A stretch of DNA of 64,000 bases from Amoebidium appalachense (taxonomy: Eukaryota; Protista; Ichthyosporea). The position numbers and the translations under genes were made by a program. The DNA lies in contig CAVNZM010000001.1 of the NCBI GenBank assembly GCA_963693365.1, positions 18,090,783 through 18,154,782 on the forward strand, in the 5' to 3' direction. This document shows positions 1 to 11,951 of this stretch, piece after piece (position 1 is the stretch's first letter; each line of letters starts with the position of its first letter). The notes beneath the pieces are model-generated. The model worked only from the letters and a program-made list of their open reading frames with translations, did not search any database and was not told where the DNA came from.

Positions 1-323
1 TTCATCACGCATGGTTTGCAGTGTTGTAAGTTTCGGTTGTGTTTTCTTTTAGTGCTGGTGTATGAGGGATAAATGATGTGTGTTCAGTGGATAAAGTCAT
101 TTTTAGTAAACCGTGTGGATAACTGGAATTGCTGATCAATCTTCCCCCCCCCCCCCCCCCCCCCCCCGGAAAAAAAAAACAAAAAAAAACGACCCCCACC
201 ACCTCCACCACCACCACCACAACCTCAAACACAAACACAACAACAAAAAGAAAGAGCGAATGCATGCGTGTACACACACACACACACACACAACACACAC
301 CTTCCGGCTCCTTTCTTCCACAG

Positions 324-1280
324 CTGAATGATGTTGCGGATGAGCTTGAGCCCGTAGTCAATGCAGCTGAGAGAGAGGTATTATCCCCCCCCCCCCCCCC
401 CCCCCCTCCCCTCCCCCTCTTTCCAGCACACACATGCTTTGTCAATCATTCACACCCCTTCACCCCTTGCACGACGGTCTACCAGCAAAACTGTTTCTTT
501 GGCCTGTCCCCCCCCCCCGCCCTTCCCCCTTCCCATGGGGGGTCCTTCCTTTTGGATCACCGTAGCCCCCACGCGGCCCCACCCATTCACCCCAATTTAC
601 TCCATGGCCTGTTCCACAACGCTTTCTGCATGTTGCTGTCGATTCGTGTGCCTTTGATGTGGAGAAATGTCGTATTGAAATTCCGTTTCCCTCCCTCCCT
701 CCCCCCCCCCCCCCCCCCCTCCCCCCTCCCCCCCAGGTTGATGCTATCGACGAGGTGATCTTCTTCCTCACTGAAAACGATGAATCCGACGTGCTGAAAA
801 GAATATCTGCAGGCAGAAAGCGCCTGACAAAGCTAACGCGAAGGTTGAAACCGAAAAGGTACCAACCCCACCACCACCACCACTACCATAACACGCAAGG
901 GGGAGAGGGGGGGGAGGGGGGAGGGGGGGGGGAGGGGGGGGGGAGGAGAGAGGGGGGGGGGGGAGGGGGGGAATGTGATTATTCATTAAAGTGGTTCCTA
1001 TGCTGCATACCCCTGATCTCCGTACTTTTCCCCCGGTTCCCGTTGTTTTGGTCTGCCAGCCCCCCCCCCGCGCCTCCCGGCATCCTACTTTGTCTGCTCT
1101 AGCATAGTTAAAAACATCCATACACACACATGCACACACCTCCATGTGCATTTGTGTACAAACATGGGCACACACTAATCCACTACAACCTACTGCACAC
1201 ACATTCATCAGAAAACACACGTGCCTGTTGGATGCACACGTACGCACACAGTCAGGCACGCGGACACCCACACACACACA

Positions 1281-1329
<49 letters not shown>

Positions 1330-1382
1330 ACCCACTCACTCACTCACTCAATCACTTGTACCCACACACGCACACACACACA

Positions 1383-1421
<39 letters not shown>

Positions 1422-2615
1422 ACACGTACACACACGTACACAAGTAACACACACACACACGTACACACATGCACACACAGGGACATTCTTCTGTACATGG
1501 CAGGCACAGGCCGCAGTCTACCCCGTCACGTGCACAAGCAGACTTTCCTGTATGTGAGAGACATTCTCGATCTGGTCATGCAGATGATGGCTAAGGTATC
1601 ATTCATATCCCTCCCCACCCCCAGACACACGGAGAAACAAGAAGGATGAAAAGGATATGTGATTATGTTTGTTTTTTTCGTTCGACAGCCATCTTACTTC
1701 TCCATATTAACGTTGGGCTTATATCAATGCGGTTTCAACTTGTGGGTCGCATTCTCCCCACTCCCCCCCCCCCCCCCCCCCCACCCCCACCCCCCCCCCC
1801 GGCCCCCTTCCCTCCCCAACACACGCATACACACGCACTCACACACATACGCACACGCACACGCGCCCTCTCCCATGCTCTACTCTCATAACCTCTGGAG
1901 CCTCTTGTTGATATCAAGGTCTCCTGTCACCCACGAACGTGTCTTTTCTGTTTGTACTCCCATTACTCTGCTCAACTCGCAAGCTATGTCATTTTTGCAT
2001 CGGTTTTCACTCTCATGTGCCCTTTCTTTCTGGCTTGTTTCCGTTAAGTGTGTGTGTGTGTGTGTGTGTGTGTATGTTTTGGGGGGGGGGGGGGGGGGGG
2101 GGCTGGCAGATGCAATATGGTTAGATGTGTGAGTGTGTTTCTGTGTGCATGCCTGCTATGAATGATGTATGGATGTATGGATGGTGGCTCTGACGTGGGC
2201 ACGGGGCCAGATGGAGGCAAGTCGTGATGTCATCAACAGCACCCAGTCCAACTACCTGGCCCAGGTAAGACCCCCCCCTCCCCCTGCCCCCCTCCTTGCC
2301 CCCCGATATCCAGCCCACATTCACACATTTCATGCTGCCATATCTCTTCCCTCCCCCCTCCCCCCCTTTCAACGCCACCACCACCACCACCAACCATGCC
2401 ATCGTTACCGCCAGTTCCACATCCCACCCGCCCCTCCCCCCTTACCCCCTCATGCACGTTTCTCCCCCTGGCTCATCCCGTCCATGGGGCTCCCTCAAAT
2501 GGTTTCTTCTCCTGTACATATGTGGGAGGGAGGTTTTTTTTTTGTTTTGTTTTTTTTGTATTTTTTGTTTGTGTGTGTGTGTGTGTCACAGGCGCACGCA
2601 TGTGCACACGTGCGT

Positions 2616-2646
<31 letters not shown>

Positions 2647-2684
2647 GGGGGATTTGTTTGCACTATGTGTCAGGATGTTTTTTT

Positions 2685-2716
<32 letters not shown>

Positions 2717-3056
2717 GAGGGGGGGGAGGGGGGGTATAGTTGCTCTGTATGTGTTCGAAACTCTCACGTAATTGCATTTTGTGATGACGGGGCCGGGGGG
2801 AGTGGAGGTAAATACATGAAATACGAGGACTGTGAGGTGCGAAGCAAGAAACCTGACTGTGACCCTGTTCTTCTGACTATGACAATATTGTGCACAGGTG
2901 AGCGTTAACCTAGGGGTGGCGTCCAACCGGGGCAACATGGCCCTTAACAAGCTCACAACCGCATCGGCAATATTCCTGCCCCTTAACCTGGTATGTCTGC
3001 TTTGGGTAAACGTAACTTGCTGTGTCTTTTCTTGCCTCTCAGAGTTTTTTTTTTTT

Positions 3057-3108
<52 letters not shown>

Positions 3109-3223
3109 CATGATCCATGTGTGTGGAGATTGCAAGGGAAGGAAGTATGAGGGCTTCGGGGTTTAAGTAAATGAAAGGTAGGGTACATAGTGGTGGAGGT
3201 ATTTTGGGTAGGGGATTGGGGGG

Positions 3224-3302
<79 letters not shown>

Positions 3303-5568
3303 CGTTAAGTGTTTGTTTTTTTTTTTTTTTTTTTTTTTTGTGGGGGGGGGGGGGGGGGGGGGGGGGGGGGAGTAAGGGCAATATTGTATCTTAAGTTCCA
3401 CCTACGGCCCATTTCTTCTTTTCTTTGAATGCAATAGGGGTTGGCCGATTTGCTTCCAACCCAAACATTAAGGGCCACCCTGTTGTGTTTAGTTTTCGAC
3501 CACACACTTATGCATGAGATCACAACATAGGTTGTATCACATCAGTATTGCACTGCATCTGCATCTTTGTTTGGTGTGTGCATGTGTGTGTGTCTGATGA
3601 ATAAGGTGTGTGCACGTGTGTTTGTTTTTCCTGTCTGGTGCACGTGTGTGGGTGTTCGCTCTTCCATCACAACGTGCACATGCCCGTTGGTTTGTTTATT
3701 CCACCTTGTGCACTTGTGTGTGTGTTTGCTTTTCCATCTTTTGCACGTGTGTGAACAATGTCTCTTTTCCATCTTGTCGAACATGTGTGCACTTTCTATA
3801 TTCCACCTTGTTCACGTGTGTGTGTGCGTGTGTTTCCTATATTCTACCTTGTTCACGTGTGTGTGTGTTTGTTTCCTATATTCCACCTTGTTCACGTGTG
3901 TGTGTGTTTGTTTCCTATATTCCACCTTGTTCACGTGTGTGTGCATGTGTTTCCTATATTCCACCTTGTTCACGTGTGTGTGTGTTTGTTTCCTATATTC
4001 TACCTTGTTCACGTATGTGTGTGTTTGTTTCCTATATTCTACCTGGTGCACGTGTGTGTGTGTTTGTTTCCTATATTCCACCTTGTTCACGTGTGTGTTT
4101 GTTTCCTATATTCCACCTTGTTCACGTGTGGGTGTGTTTGTTTCCTATATTCCACCTTGTTCACGTGTGGGTGTGTTTGTTTCCTATATTCCACCTTGTT
4201 CACGTGTGGGTGTGTTTGTTTCCTATATTCCACCTTGTTCACGTGTGTGTGTGTTTGTTTCCTATATTCCACCTTGTTCACGTGTGTGTGTTTGTTTCCT
4301 ATATTCTACCTTGTTCACGTGTGTGTGTGTTTGTTTCCTATATTCCACCTTGTTCACGTGTGTGTGTGTTTGTTTCCTATATTCCACCTTGTTCACGTGT
4401 GTGTGTGTTTGTTTCCTATATTCCACCTTGTTCACGTGTGTGTGTGTTTGTTTCCTATATTCCACCTTGTTCACGTGTGTGTGTGTTTGTTTCCTATATT
4501 CTACCTTGTTCACGTGTGTGTGTGTTTGTTTCCTATATTCCACCTTGTTCACGTGTGTGTGTGTTTGTTTCCTATATTCCACCTTGTTCACGTGTGTGTG
4601 TGTTTGTTTCTGTTCACGTGTGTGTGTGTTTGTTTCCTATATTCTACCTTGTTCACGTGTGTGTGTGTTTGTTTCCTATATTCCACCTTGTTCACGTGTG
4701 TGTGTGTTTGTTTCCTATATTCCACCTTGTTCACGTGTGTGTGTGTTTGTTTCCTATATTCCACCTTGTTCACGTGTGTGTGTGTTTGTTTCCTATATTC
4801 CACCTTGTTCACGTGTGTGTGTGTTTGTTTCCTATATTTCACCTTGTTCACGTGTGTGTGTGTTTGTTTCCTATATTCCACCTTGTTCACGTGTGTGTGT
4901 GTTTGTTTCCTATATTCCACCTTGTTCACGTGTGTGTGTGTTTGTTTCCTATATTCCACCTTGTTCACGTGTGTGTGTGTTTGTTTCCTATATTCCACCT
5001 TGTTCACGTGTGTGTGTGTTTGTTTCCTATATTCTACCTTGTTCACGTGTGTGTGTGTTTGTTTCCTATATTCCACCTTGTTCACGTGTGTGTGTGTTTG
5101 TTTCCTATATTCCACCTTGTTCACGTGTGTGTGTGTTTGTTTCCTATATTCTACCTTGTTCACGTGTGTGTGTGTTTGTTTCCTATATTCCACCTTGTTC
5201 ACGTGTGTGTGTGTTTGTTTCCTACATTCTACCTTGTTCACGTGTGTGTGTGTTTGTTTCCTATATTCCACCTTGTTCACGTGTGTATGTGTTTGTTTCC
5301 TATATTCTACCTTGTTCACGTGTGTATGTGTTTGTTTCCTATATTCTACCTTGTTCACGTGTGTGTGCGCATGCTCTATTCCACTTTGTGCACGTGCATG
5401 TGGACTGACCCTGGTGGTAATATTCAGATAGCCGGGATGTGGGGGATGAACATCCAGGTGCCGTGGCAGGAGACGGACAGTCTTGGGCCGTGGTTTGGCA
5501 TCATGGGCTTCATGGTCGTGCTTGGCTTCTCCCTGGCCTTCTGGGCACGCATGATGAAATTCATCTGA
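324..5568 (+). CDS. CorA/ALR1-MNR2-family Mg2+ transporter, 3' part (5' exons lie upstream of the window); exons 324-377, 737-858, 1481-1595, 2211-2264, 2898-2990, 5428-5568
   Basis: All exons have GT-AG boundaries and join in phase. Translation: LNDVADELEPVVNAAERE-VDAIDEVIF...LKRISAGRKRL...YVRDILD...SNYLAQ-VSVNLGVASNRGNMALNKLTTASAIFLPLNL-IAGMWGMNIQVPWQ...WFGIMGFMVVLG...FI*. It carries the CorA GMN signature after TM1 plus a second TM helix. CTGAC branch points precede the last three acceptors. Confidence 0.92.
3793..5392. repeat. 39-bp intronic minisatellite, about 40 copies (TTCCACCTTGTTCACGTGTGTGTGTGTTTGTTTCCTATA)
   Basis: Direct tandem repetition; produces the 13-aa periodic ORFs in the track; lies in the last CorA intron. 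Confidence 0.97.
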
Positions 5569-6682
5569 GTTGTCTGTCCACAAATACACACACACACAAA
5601 CATGCACATGCATATTCATGTGGGCACAGGCACACGCACACGCACACACGCATACATTCGTAGACCCCACACACCCACATGCATGCTCTCCCCCGCCCAC
5701 CCACCCACCCACCCACCCGCCCACCCACCCACCCATCCACACCTACCACCGCTTCCGTGGCCCTCCTGCCCCTTCCCCCCTCCCCACTCTCACAAACCCA
5801 CCACCTTCCTTTCCTCCCCCCTCCCCCCCCCCCCCCCCCCCCTCTCCCCTCGAAAATAAAACCAAAAAAAAAGGGGGGGGGGGGGGGGGGGGACATTTGT
5901 AACCCACATACACTGTGCTTGCCCCATTCTAACGCACACATATTGTACTGGATATTAAAGACTTGGCTCATGATCTCTAGATGTGCTGTCTATTCCTTGC
6001 CAATGATGTACGTTACCTTGTAGAGAATGCACGAATGCATGGGGTGCTCCTGGTATGAATGTTCCTGGTCAATGGCTAGTGCTTTTTATTTTAGTCTTAC
6101 CAATACAGGATTGCCATAATGGGAGTATGTCCTTAGACAGCATTGAGTCATATAGGACTGAACTATGTTGATGAGATAGAGTTATAAACGGACACACTGT
6201 ATTCTTCGTGTCACATGTGATACGAGCTAATGAACTAGTCGATCATGTTGATTTTATGTACATATGAATATGGGTAGTTTTTTTTTCCGTGATAGAAGTG
6301 ATAGAAGTAGAGGAACTGGTGGTGTGTGAAAATGAAGTGTATTGTGGATACGGAGAATGAACAAAGTGATAATAAGTTGTAGTTTTTGGCGGTGTATTCT
6401 AGAATGTGTAAATTGGTTTGTAGCTATGATGACTCTGATAAAAATTAACTTGGTGGGCGGCCTCACCGACGTCAACACAGTCAACACCTCAACACCGATA
6501 TGTAAATGGTTTATGTCATTATTTGAAAATGAACTGTGTAATCATGCCCGCCACCTTTTTTCTCGACTCCTATAGCTATGGTCTTCATGTCTACTCCTCC
6601 CCTGCGCCCCCCCCTTCCCCCCCCCCCCCACCCACACACACACACACAGACACACACACACACTTCCCACCACCACCACCAC

Positions 6683-6713
<31 letters not shown>

Positions 6714-7010
6714 TTAAGTTTACATACATGTGTGCAAGTGCTTGGACCATTGGTGTGTGAGTTTTCTTGTGCGTGTGAAAGTTGATGTGCGCCTTGCCCT
6801 CGAAAGAAACACAGTGATCACACCATTTCAGTTAAACGTTTGTTACGGATTCCTAAACGACTCTCGAGAGTCCCTCACAGATCTTTTAAATTTTAGAACG
6901 TGGCATCACCCTTGTCACCTAAGACTTGACGAATTAACCTCAACTTCCGGATAGTACTAGTTTTTGTTTGCGCGTGCGTACGTACATCCACACGCATGTA
7001 CGCGCCCCCG

Positions 7011-7080
<70 letters not shown>

Positions 7081-7439
7081 CACAAGCACACCGACACATG
7101 AACAAGCACCCATACACACACAGCTGCGGCACGTGCCTCCCCTTCCCCCCCCCCTATTCGCTGGGCCACACACCCACCTACAGCCACCACCACTGCCACA
7201 CACGTGCACGCACACGCACACACTCCACCGCACACACCACAAAAACAAAAGTAGCGGCGAAAGTGCGCTCCGAGAGGTGCGGCACGTACATATCGCAGCT
7301 GGGTTGAGATCCGGCGGAACAAGAGTCACATACTAAAAGCTACAACTACGTATACAGAGGGAAGGGAGGGGAGGGGGGACAGGGGGGAGGGGGGGGGGGG
7401 GGGGGGGAGGGAGGGGGGGGGGGGGGGGGGGGAGGGGAG

Positions 7440-7476
<37 letters not shown>

Positions 7477-7737
7477 GATGAAGGCTTTGTATGATGACAG
7501 CAGCTTCATAAGTTTTTGGGTAAAAAAAAAAAAAGGTATTATTGTTTTTACTCTAGTTAATAGTAATAAAAGCCTGGCCGAGCTGCATGCCCTGTGCAAT
7601 AGTTCGAATCCATGAAACTGTCCTGTGTGTTTGCGACCTGCCGTATTTATTCCTTACAAACATAACCTGCCAACACGTCAATGACATAATCACTTACATC
7701 CACATACTTCAGCACAAACACCCATGACCATCAGATC

Positions 7738-8045
7738 TTTCTGCTAAAAGCAGAATCAATCTGCTTAAAGCGGAATTATTCTGCTAAAAGCAGAATTATT
7801 CTGCTGTCGAAAGCAGAATGATTCATCTTTTTGCAGGATAATTCTGCTAAAAGCAGATTAATTCAGCTAAAAGCAGATTAATTCTGCTAAAAGCAGATTA
7901 TTTCTGCTAAAAGCAGAGTGATTCTGCTGTTGCAGAATTGAATTCTGCTTTTTGCAGAATAGTTCCGCTTTTTGCAAATAATTCCACTTTTGCAGAATAA
8001 TCCTGCCTTTTACAAGTTGACTCTGCCGATGTGGTTGGGCCCTCA
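7738..8045. repeat. Array of short palindromic units (TTCTGCTAAAAGCAGAA / GCAGAATTATTCTGC), probable non-autonomous transposon remnant
   Basis: Repeated inverted units ending in CTGCCGATGTGGTTGGGCCCTCA; a related copy with the same end motif lies at about 15835-16230. Confidence 0.6.
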
Positions 8046-9074
8046 TCGAGACTGACCTCCTTTTCCTTGCAGCCCCCACTAGGGTAACGCAATTTGCATA
8101 AGATTCTGGTGGCTGCAGCGTAGAGAAAACAACCAAAGTCGTCTCTTCGCGCAATACTGCACGTGTATTGCATGCCCGACACCTGGTGCCATTTTGGGCA
8201 TGCATTTTTGTTTAATCCGCCTAACTGCTTAGCACAATTTCAGGTCTTGCTTGCTCCCCGGGCCCTCTGCCCTCCCAATTATCACTCAGAAGACATCTCC
8301 ACCCGTTCTCTCTCCCCCCCCCCCCCCCCCCCCCCCCCCACACACACACTCACACCACCACCACCACCCAACCACCACTCCATACCTGGTCCACCACCCT
8401 ACTTACCAGCCCATTCATCATCTACCGCATGCATACCATTTCCCAACTCCACAGGAACCCACATTACACACGTGCACTCCTACCCACACCTACCACAATG
8501 ACTGACTAGGTGTGATGTCAGAGGAAAGGGAAGCCTGCAGTAGGGCCGGGTGGGTAGAGGGAATCAGAGAGACTCAATGCACCGGTAGGAAAGTGATGGT
8601 GATGGTGGTGTTAGCTGGAAGGTGGGATGGGGAGGGGGTGAGTAGCAGAAAAAAAGAGAGGGGATTGGTGAAAGAGAGACAGAGACATAGACAGGCAGGG
8701 AGAGAGAGAGAGAAAAGGGGGTTGGGGGGGAGGGGTAGAGAAAAAGTGAAACATAAAGGAGGGGGGAAGGCGGGGGAGGGGGAGGGAGGGAGGGAGGGAA
8801 GGAGGGGGAGAGGGATCGAGAGAGGGGGGGGGGGGGGGGGGGGGGATAGAGAGAGAGAGAGATAGGGAGAGAGACACACAGGGAGAGAGGGAGGGAGGAA
8901 AGGGGGAGAGAGAGGGAGAGAGAGGGAGAGAAAGAGAGGGAGAGGGAGAGAGAAATAGAGAGAGAGAGAGAGAGAGTTGTGTGTGTGTGTGTATGTGTGT
9001 GTGTGATTTAGGGAGAGAGGCTTGCAGAGGGAGGGAGGGAGGGAGGGAGGGGGGGGGAGGGGGGGGGGGGGGGG

Positions 9075-9133
<59 letters not shown>

Positions 9134-9257
9134 GCCTCGGGGAGAGAGAGAGGGGGGCAGGGGATAGAGCAGGGGATAGAGAGGGTGGGGGGGGGGGGGG
9201 GGGGGGAAGGGACGGAGGGAGGGAGGGAGGGAGGGAGGGAGGGAGGGAGGGAGACTC

Positions 9258-9296
<39 letters not shown>

Positions 9297-9859
9297 GGAG
9301 AGAGAGTGTGTGTCAGTCGCACTTACATACAAGTTGAATGAACATGCACAACTGTCCATGTGAGGGCACAGGCCACACACATACGAGATCTCTATCATTA
9401 TGATAGTTGAATTCCCATCACCCCCTACTACTAATATCGGACAGTTATATAATGTCGTGAACATATAATAGGCACACACACACATACACACACACACACA
9501 GTCTGTTGCAGCACAATAGATGCAATAAATTCATCCACACCAGTTTGAGAGTAACTTACGGTTATTGCTACGCCCAGGCGGCCATGCTGCGTCGACGAGT
9601 CATGCATCAGCAAACAAGCTGTGAATAGATAATCATTGCACTAGCTTTCATTGCGGTGTCCAGCACCGTGTGAATATACCATGATGGACGTGTACGGGAA
9701 GTTTCCGAATAGTTTTTGTGATGATCTCTTAACTTTCATGATATTCATTTAGCTCACATGACAATGCTACAATCATAATAAACTACAAAAGTTAAATACG
9801 CCCACACCGGTGACCAACAGGTACCGGCAGCTACATATGCACACAGTCAACTACGTTGT

Positions 9860-9893
9860 TTATGCAGCACGTTGTGGCCCGCTATGTCTGTAG
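9860..9893 (-). pseudogene. Stranded original 3' end of BAG copy 1 (YRHSGPQRAA*), cut off by the TRIM insertion
   Basis: Encodes the same peptide as the C-terminus of BAG copy 2 (ends 22522). The downstream sequence (about 9800-9860) also matches the copy-2 3' UTR. Confidence 0.9.
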
Positions 9894-10349
9894 TGTTGGA
9901 GTGCAGACTTACGCTCACTCCACAATATGTGTATGTTAGCTTTACAATTGGTTCCGTGTACACAGACACACGCTGACACTCGATCACCACATGCACATCT
10001 GCATAGTTGAGGAATGTTGCCAATTGTGTTTTGACTGCAAACGATTGGTTCACTGGTCCCAGAGATCTCTAAATGAAAGTAACCAATCCGATTAGCGCCT
10101 GGCATCCGGATTACATTCCAGACTGCTGCCCCACGGGTATATAAGCCACGTCTCTGCCAGGTGCAGACATGGAGTTCAGTCATGGAGTTCAGTCATGGAG
10201 TTCAGTCATGGAGTTCAGTCATGGAGTTCAGTCATGGAGTTCAGTCATGGAGTTCAGTCATGGAGTTAACACACTGAAAGCAGTAAAAAACGGGTCAGCG
10301 CCCAAGCGCGCCACGACGACCCTAGTCACAGCGGACTCTACTTCCAACA
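9894..10349 (+). repeat. 5' LTR (456 bp) with CCAAT, TATA and 7 full 13-bp CATGGAGTTCAGT repeats
   Basis: Near-identical to 10570-10999; TG..CA ends with 7-bp terminal inverted repeats. Confidence 0.95.
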
Positions 10350-10364
10350 GGGTTATGGGCCCAG
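10350..10364 (+). promoter_or_regulatory. Primer binding site complementary to the anticodon arm of initiator tRNA-Met (half-tRNA priming)
   Basis: GGGTTATGGGCCCAG directly follows the 5' LTR and is complementary to tRNAiMet CUGGGCCCAUAACCC, as in Drosophila copia. Confidence 0.9.
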
Positions 10365-10569
10365 ACACGACACCGCGGCCTCTAACTTCATTAGAGACTT
10401 TCGCTTCCACAAACTCCATCCGCAGCAGCCTGCGACATCAACGTCAAGTATTCCACTTCATTGGCGGGGCACGCACCACAGTGGAATGCACACCCCGGTC
10501 TACCCTGCAAGCAGCCACACTCACTCTCTCTTCTCTAGTGGTGTGTACACTTCTCCAATTGGGTAGGGG

Positions 10570-10999
10570 TGTTGGAGTGCAGACTTACGCTCACTCCACA
10601 ATATGTGTATGTTAGCTTTACAATTGGTTCCGTGTACACAGACACACGCTGACACTCGATCACCACATGCACATCTGCATAGTTGAGGAATGTTGCCAAT
10701 TGTGTTTTGACTGCAAACGATTGGTTCACTGGTCCCAGAGATCTCTAAATGAAAGTAACCAATCCGATTAGCGCCTGGCATCCGGATTACATTCCAGACT
10801 GCTGCCCCACGGGTATATAAACCACGGCTCTGCCAGGTGCAGAAATGGAGTTCAGTCATGGAGTTCAGTGATGGAGTTAAGTCATGGAGGTCAGTCATGG
10901 AGTTCAGTCATGGAGTTAACACACTGAAAGCAGTAAAAAACGGGTCAGCGCCCAAGCGCGCCACGACGACCCTAGTCACAGCGGACTCTACTTCCAACA
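10570..10999 (+). repeat. 3' LTR (430 bp) with 5 full, partly degenerate 13-bp repeats
   Basis: 26 bp shorter than the 5' LTR, exactly two 13-bp units; a few substitutions near the TATA box. Confidence 0.95.
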
Positions 11000-11951
11000 T
11001 GTAGCTGTCGGCCTCTTCAAGCAGCGACTGGATGTGTTTGACCCTGGCCTTCCTCTGCTGCCGCACATGCTCCTGCCCGTACGTTGGGACGTCATCCGTC
11101 TTGATGATCAGCTTCTCCAGCATGTCCACATACCCCAACAGCGCATAGTTGACCTTGCCCTTCTCGTTGTACACCGGCTTGGTGAACACTTTGTCGTAGA
11201 ACTCTGTGCGCAGTGTGTCTGCTTCAGCCGCTATGCCGCTAAGCTGTTTGATTTGCCCGACAACTCTTGCCGTTGTTTTGCGGGCAGCAACCTTGCGCAC
11301 TGCCTGTGTGATGATTCGTGCAGCCTCATCCCTTCCGTCCACTTCAGAGGTAACTTCTGTGGCATCCGGCATGAGTGTGTCCCTCTGTTCGAGCAAAGCA
11401 CGCCACCATCTTTGAATGGTGGTGGCTGCGTTACGCCGCCTGCGCCGCTCAGCCTTGGTTGGCCGGGGACGATTGCTGCGAAGTTTTGATTGAGTAGGCT
11501 GCTTTAATTGTGTCTGTGGTCGGGGCTGGTTGCATTGGAGCCGCTGTTGAAGCCGAGGTGTACACATGTCATTCTCAACATCCATGGGTGTAGGTTCATG
11601 GTCCTCAGAAGGTAGTTCCACATCCGCATCTATATTTGCTGAACGTGGTGTGTGTTTGGCCATTGCTAGCTGCTCCAAATATCGTTGTCTTTGCGCCTGC
11701 TCGAACTCTTCCCTCTGCCTCTGCTCATACTCGGCCTTGTCTCTGGCCCTCTTTGCCTGCAGGTATGCACGCTGCTGCCTGTCGTGCTGGCTTATGCTCC
11801 CGTATGCTGGCTGCCTGAAGGATGGGCCAAAGGGTGACCCGTACATGTCGTCGTCATAGGCATAACTGGGGTGGCGGTAGCCGTAATGACATCCAAATGG
11901 GGATCGTTCGCTTTGATGCGCAAAGTGCGGGTTTTGAAACAAGAAATCCAT
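10908..11951 (-). CDS. BAG-domain Hsp70 co-chaperone with IQ motif, copy 1 (347 aa, intronless; last 30 aa are LTR-derived)
   Basis: C-terminal BAG pattern LLGYVDMLEKLIIKTDDVPTYGQEHVRQQRKARVKHIQSLLEEAD; IQ motif AATTIQRWWR; second IQ-like AARIITQAVRK; paralog at 21554-22522. Confidence 0.85.
   Translation of the reverse strand: MDFLFQNPHFAHQSERSPFGCHYGYRHPSYAYDDDMYGSPFGPSFRQPAYGSISQHDRQQRAYLQAKRARDKAEYEQRQREEFEQAQRQRYLEQLAMAKHTPRSANIDADVELPSEDHEPTPMDVENDMCTPRLQQRLQCNQPRPQTQLKQPTQSKLRSNRPRPTKAERRRRRNAATTIQRWWRALLEQRDTLMPDATEVTSEVDGRDEAARIITQAVRKVAARKTTARVVGQIKQLSGIAAEADTLRTEFYDKVFTKPVYNEKGKVNYALLGYVDMLEKLIIKTDDVPTYGQEHVRQQRKARVKHIQSLLEEADSYMLEVESAVTRVVVARLGADPFFTAFSVLTP

Larger units (their letters stand above)
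9894..10999 (+). mobile_element. Miniature non-autonomous LTR retrotransposon (TRIM), copia-type priming
   Basis: Two LTRs (9894-10349, 10570-10999), each TGTTGGA...TCCAACA. 5-bp TSD TGTAG at 9889-9893 and 11000-11004. PBS at 10350-10364, PPT GGGTAGGGG at 10561-10569. The internal region is only 220 bp with no recognisable gag/pol. Confidence 0.95.

Noticed and set aside
3567-5742. Long ORFs of 384-652 aa on both strands
   Set aside because: They are products of a stop-free 39-bp minisatellite inside a CorA intron; only 5428-5568 is a real exon.
9894-10349. Heat-shock elements in the LTR (ONSEN-like heat activation)
   Set aside because: Only imperfect two-unit matches (GAAtgTTG, TTCcaGAC); no three-unit HSE.
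10169-10615. 148-aa ORF across the TRIM interior
   Set aside because: It starts in the 13-bp repeats and has no gag, protease or RT motif.
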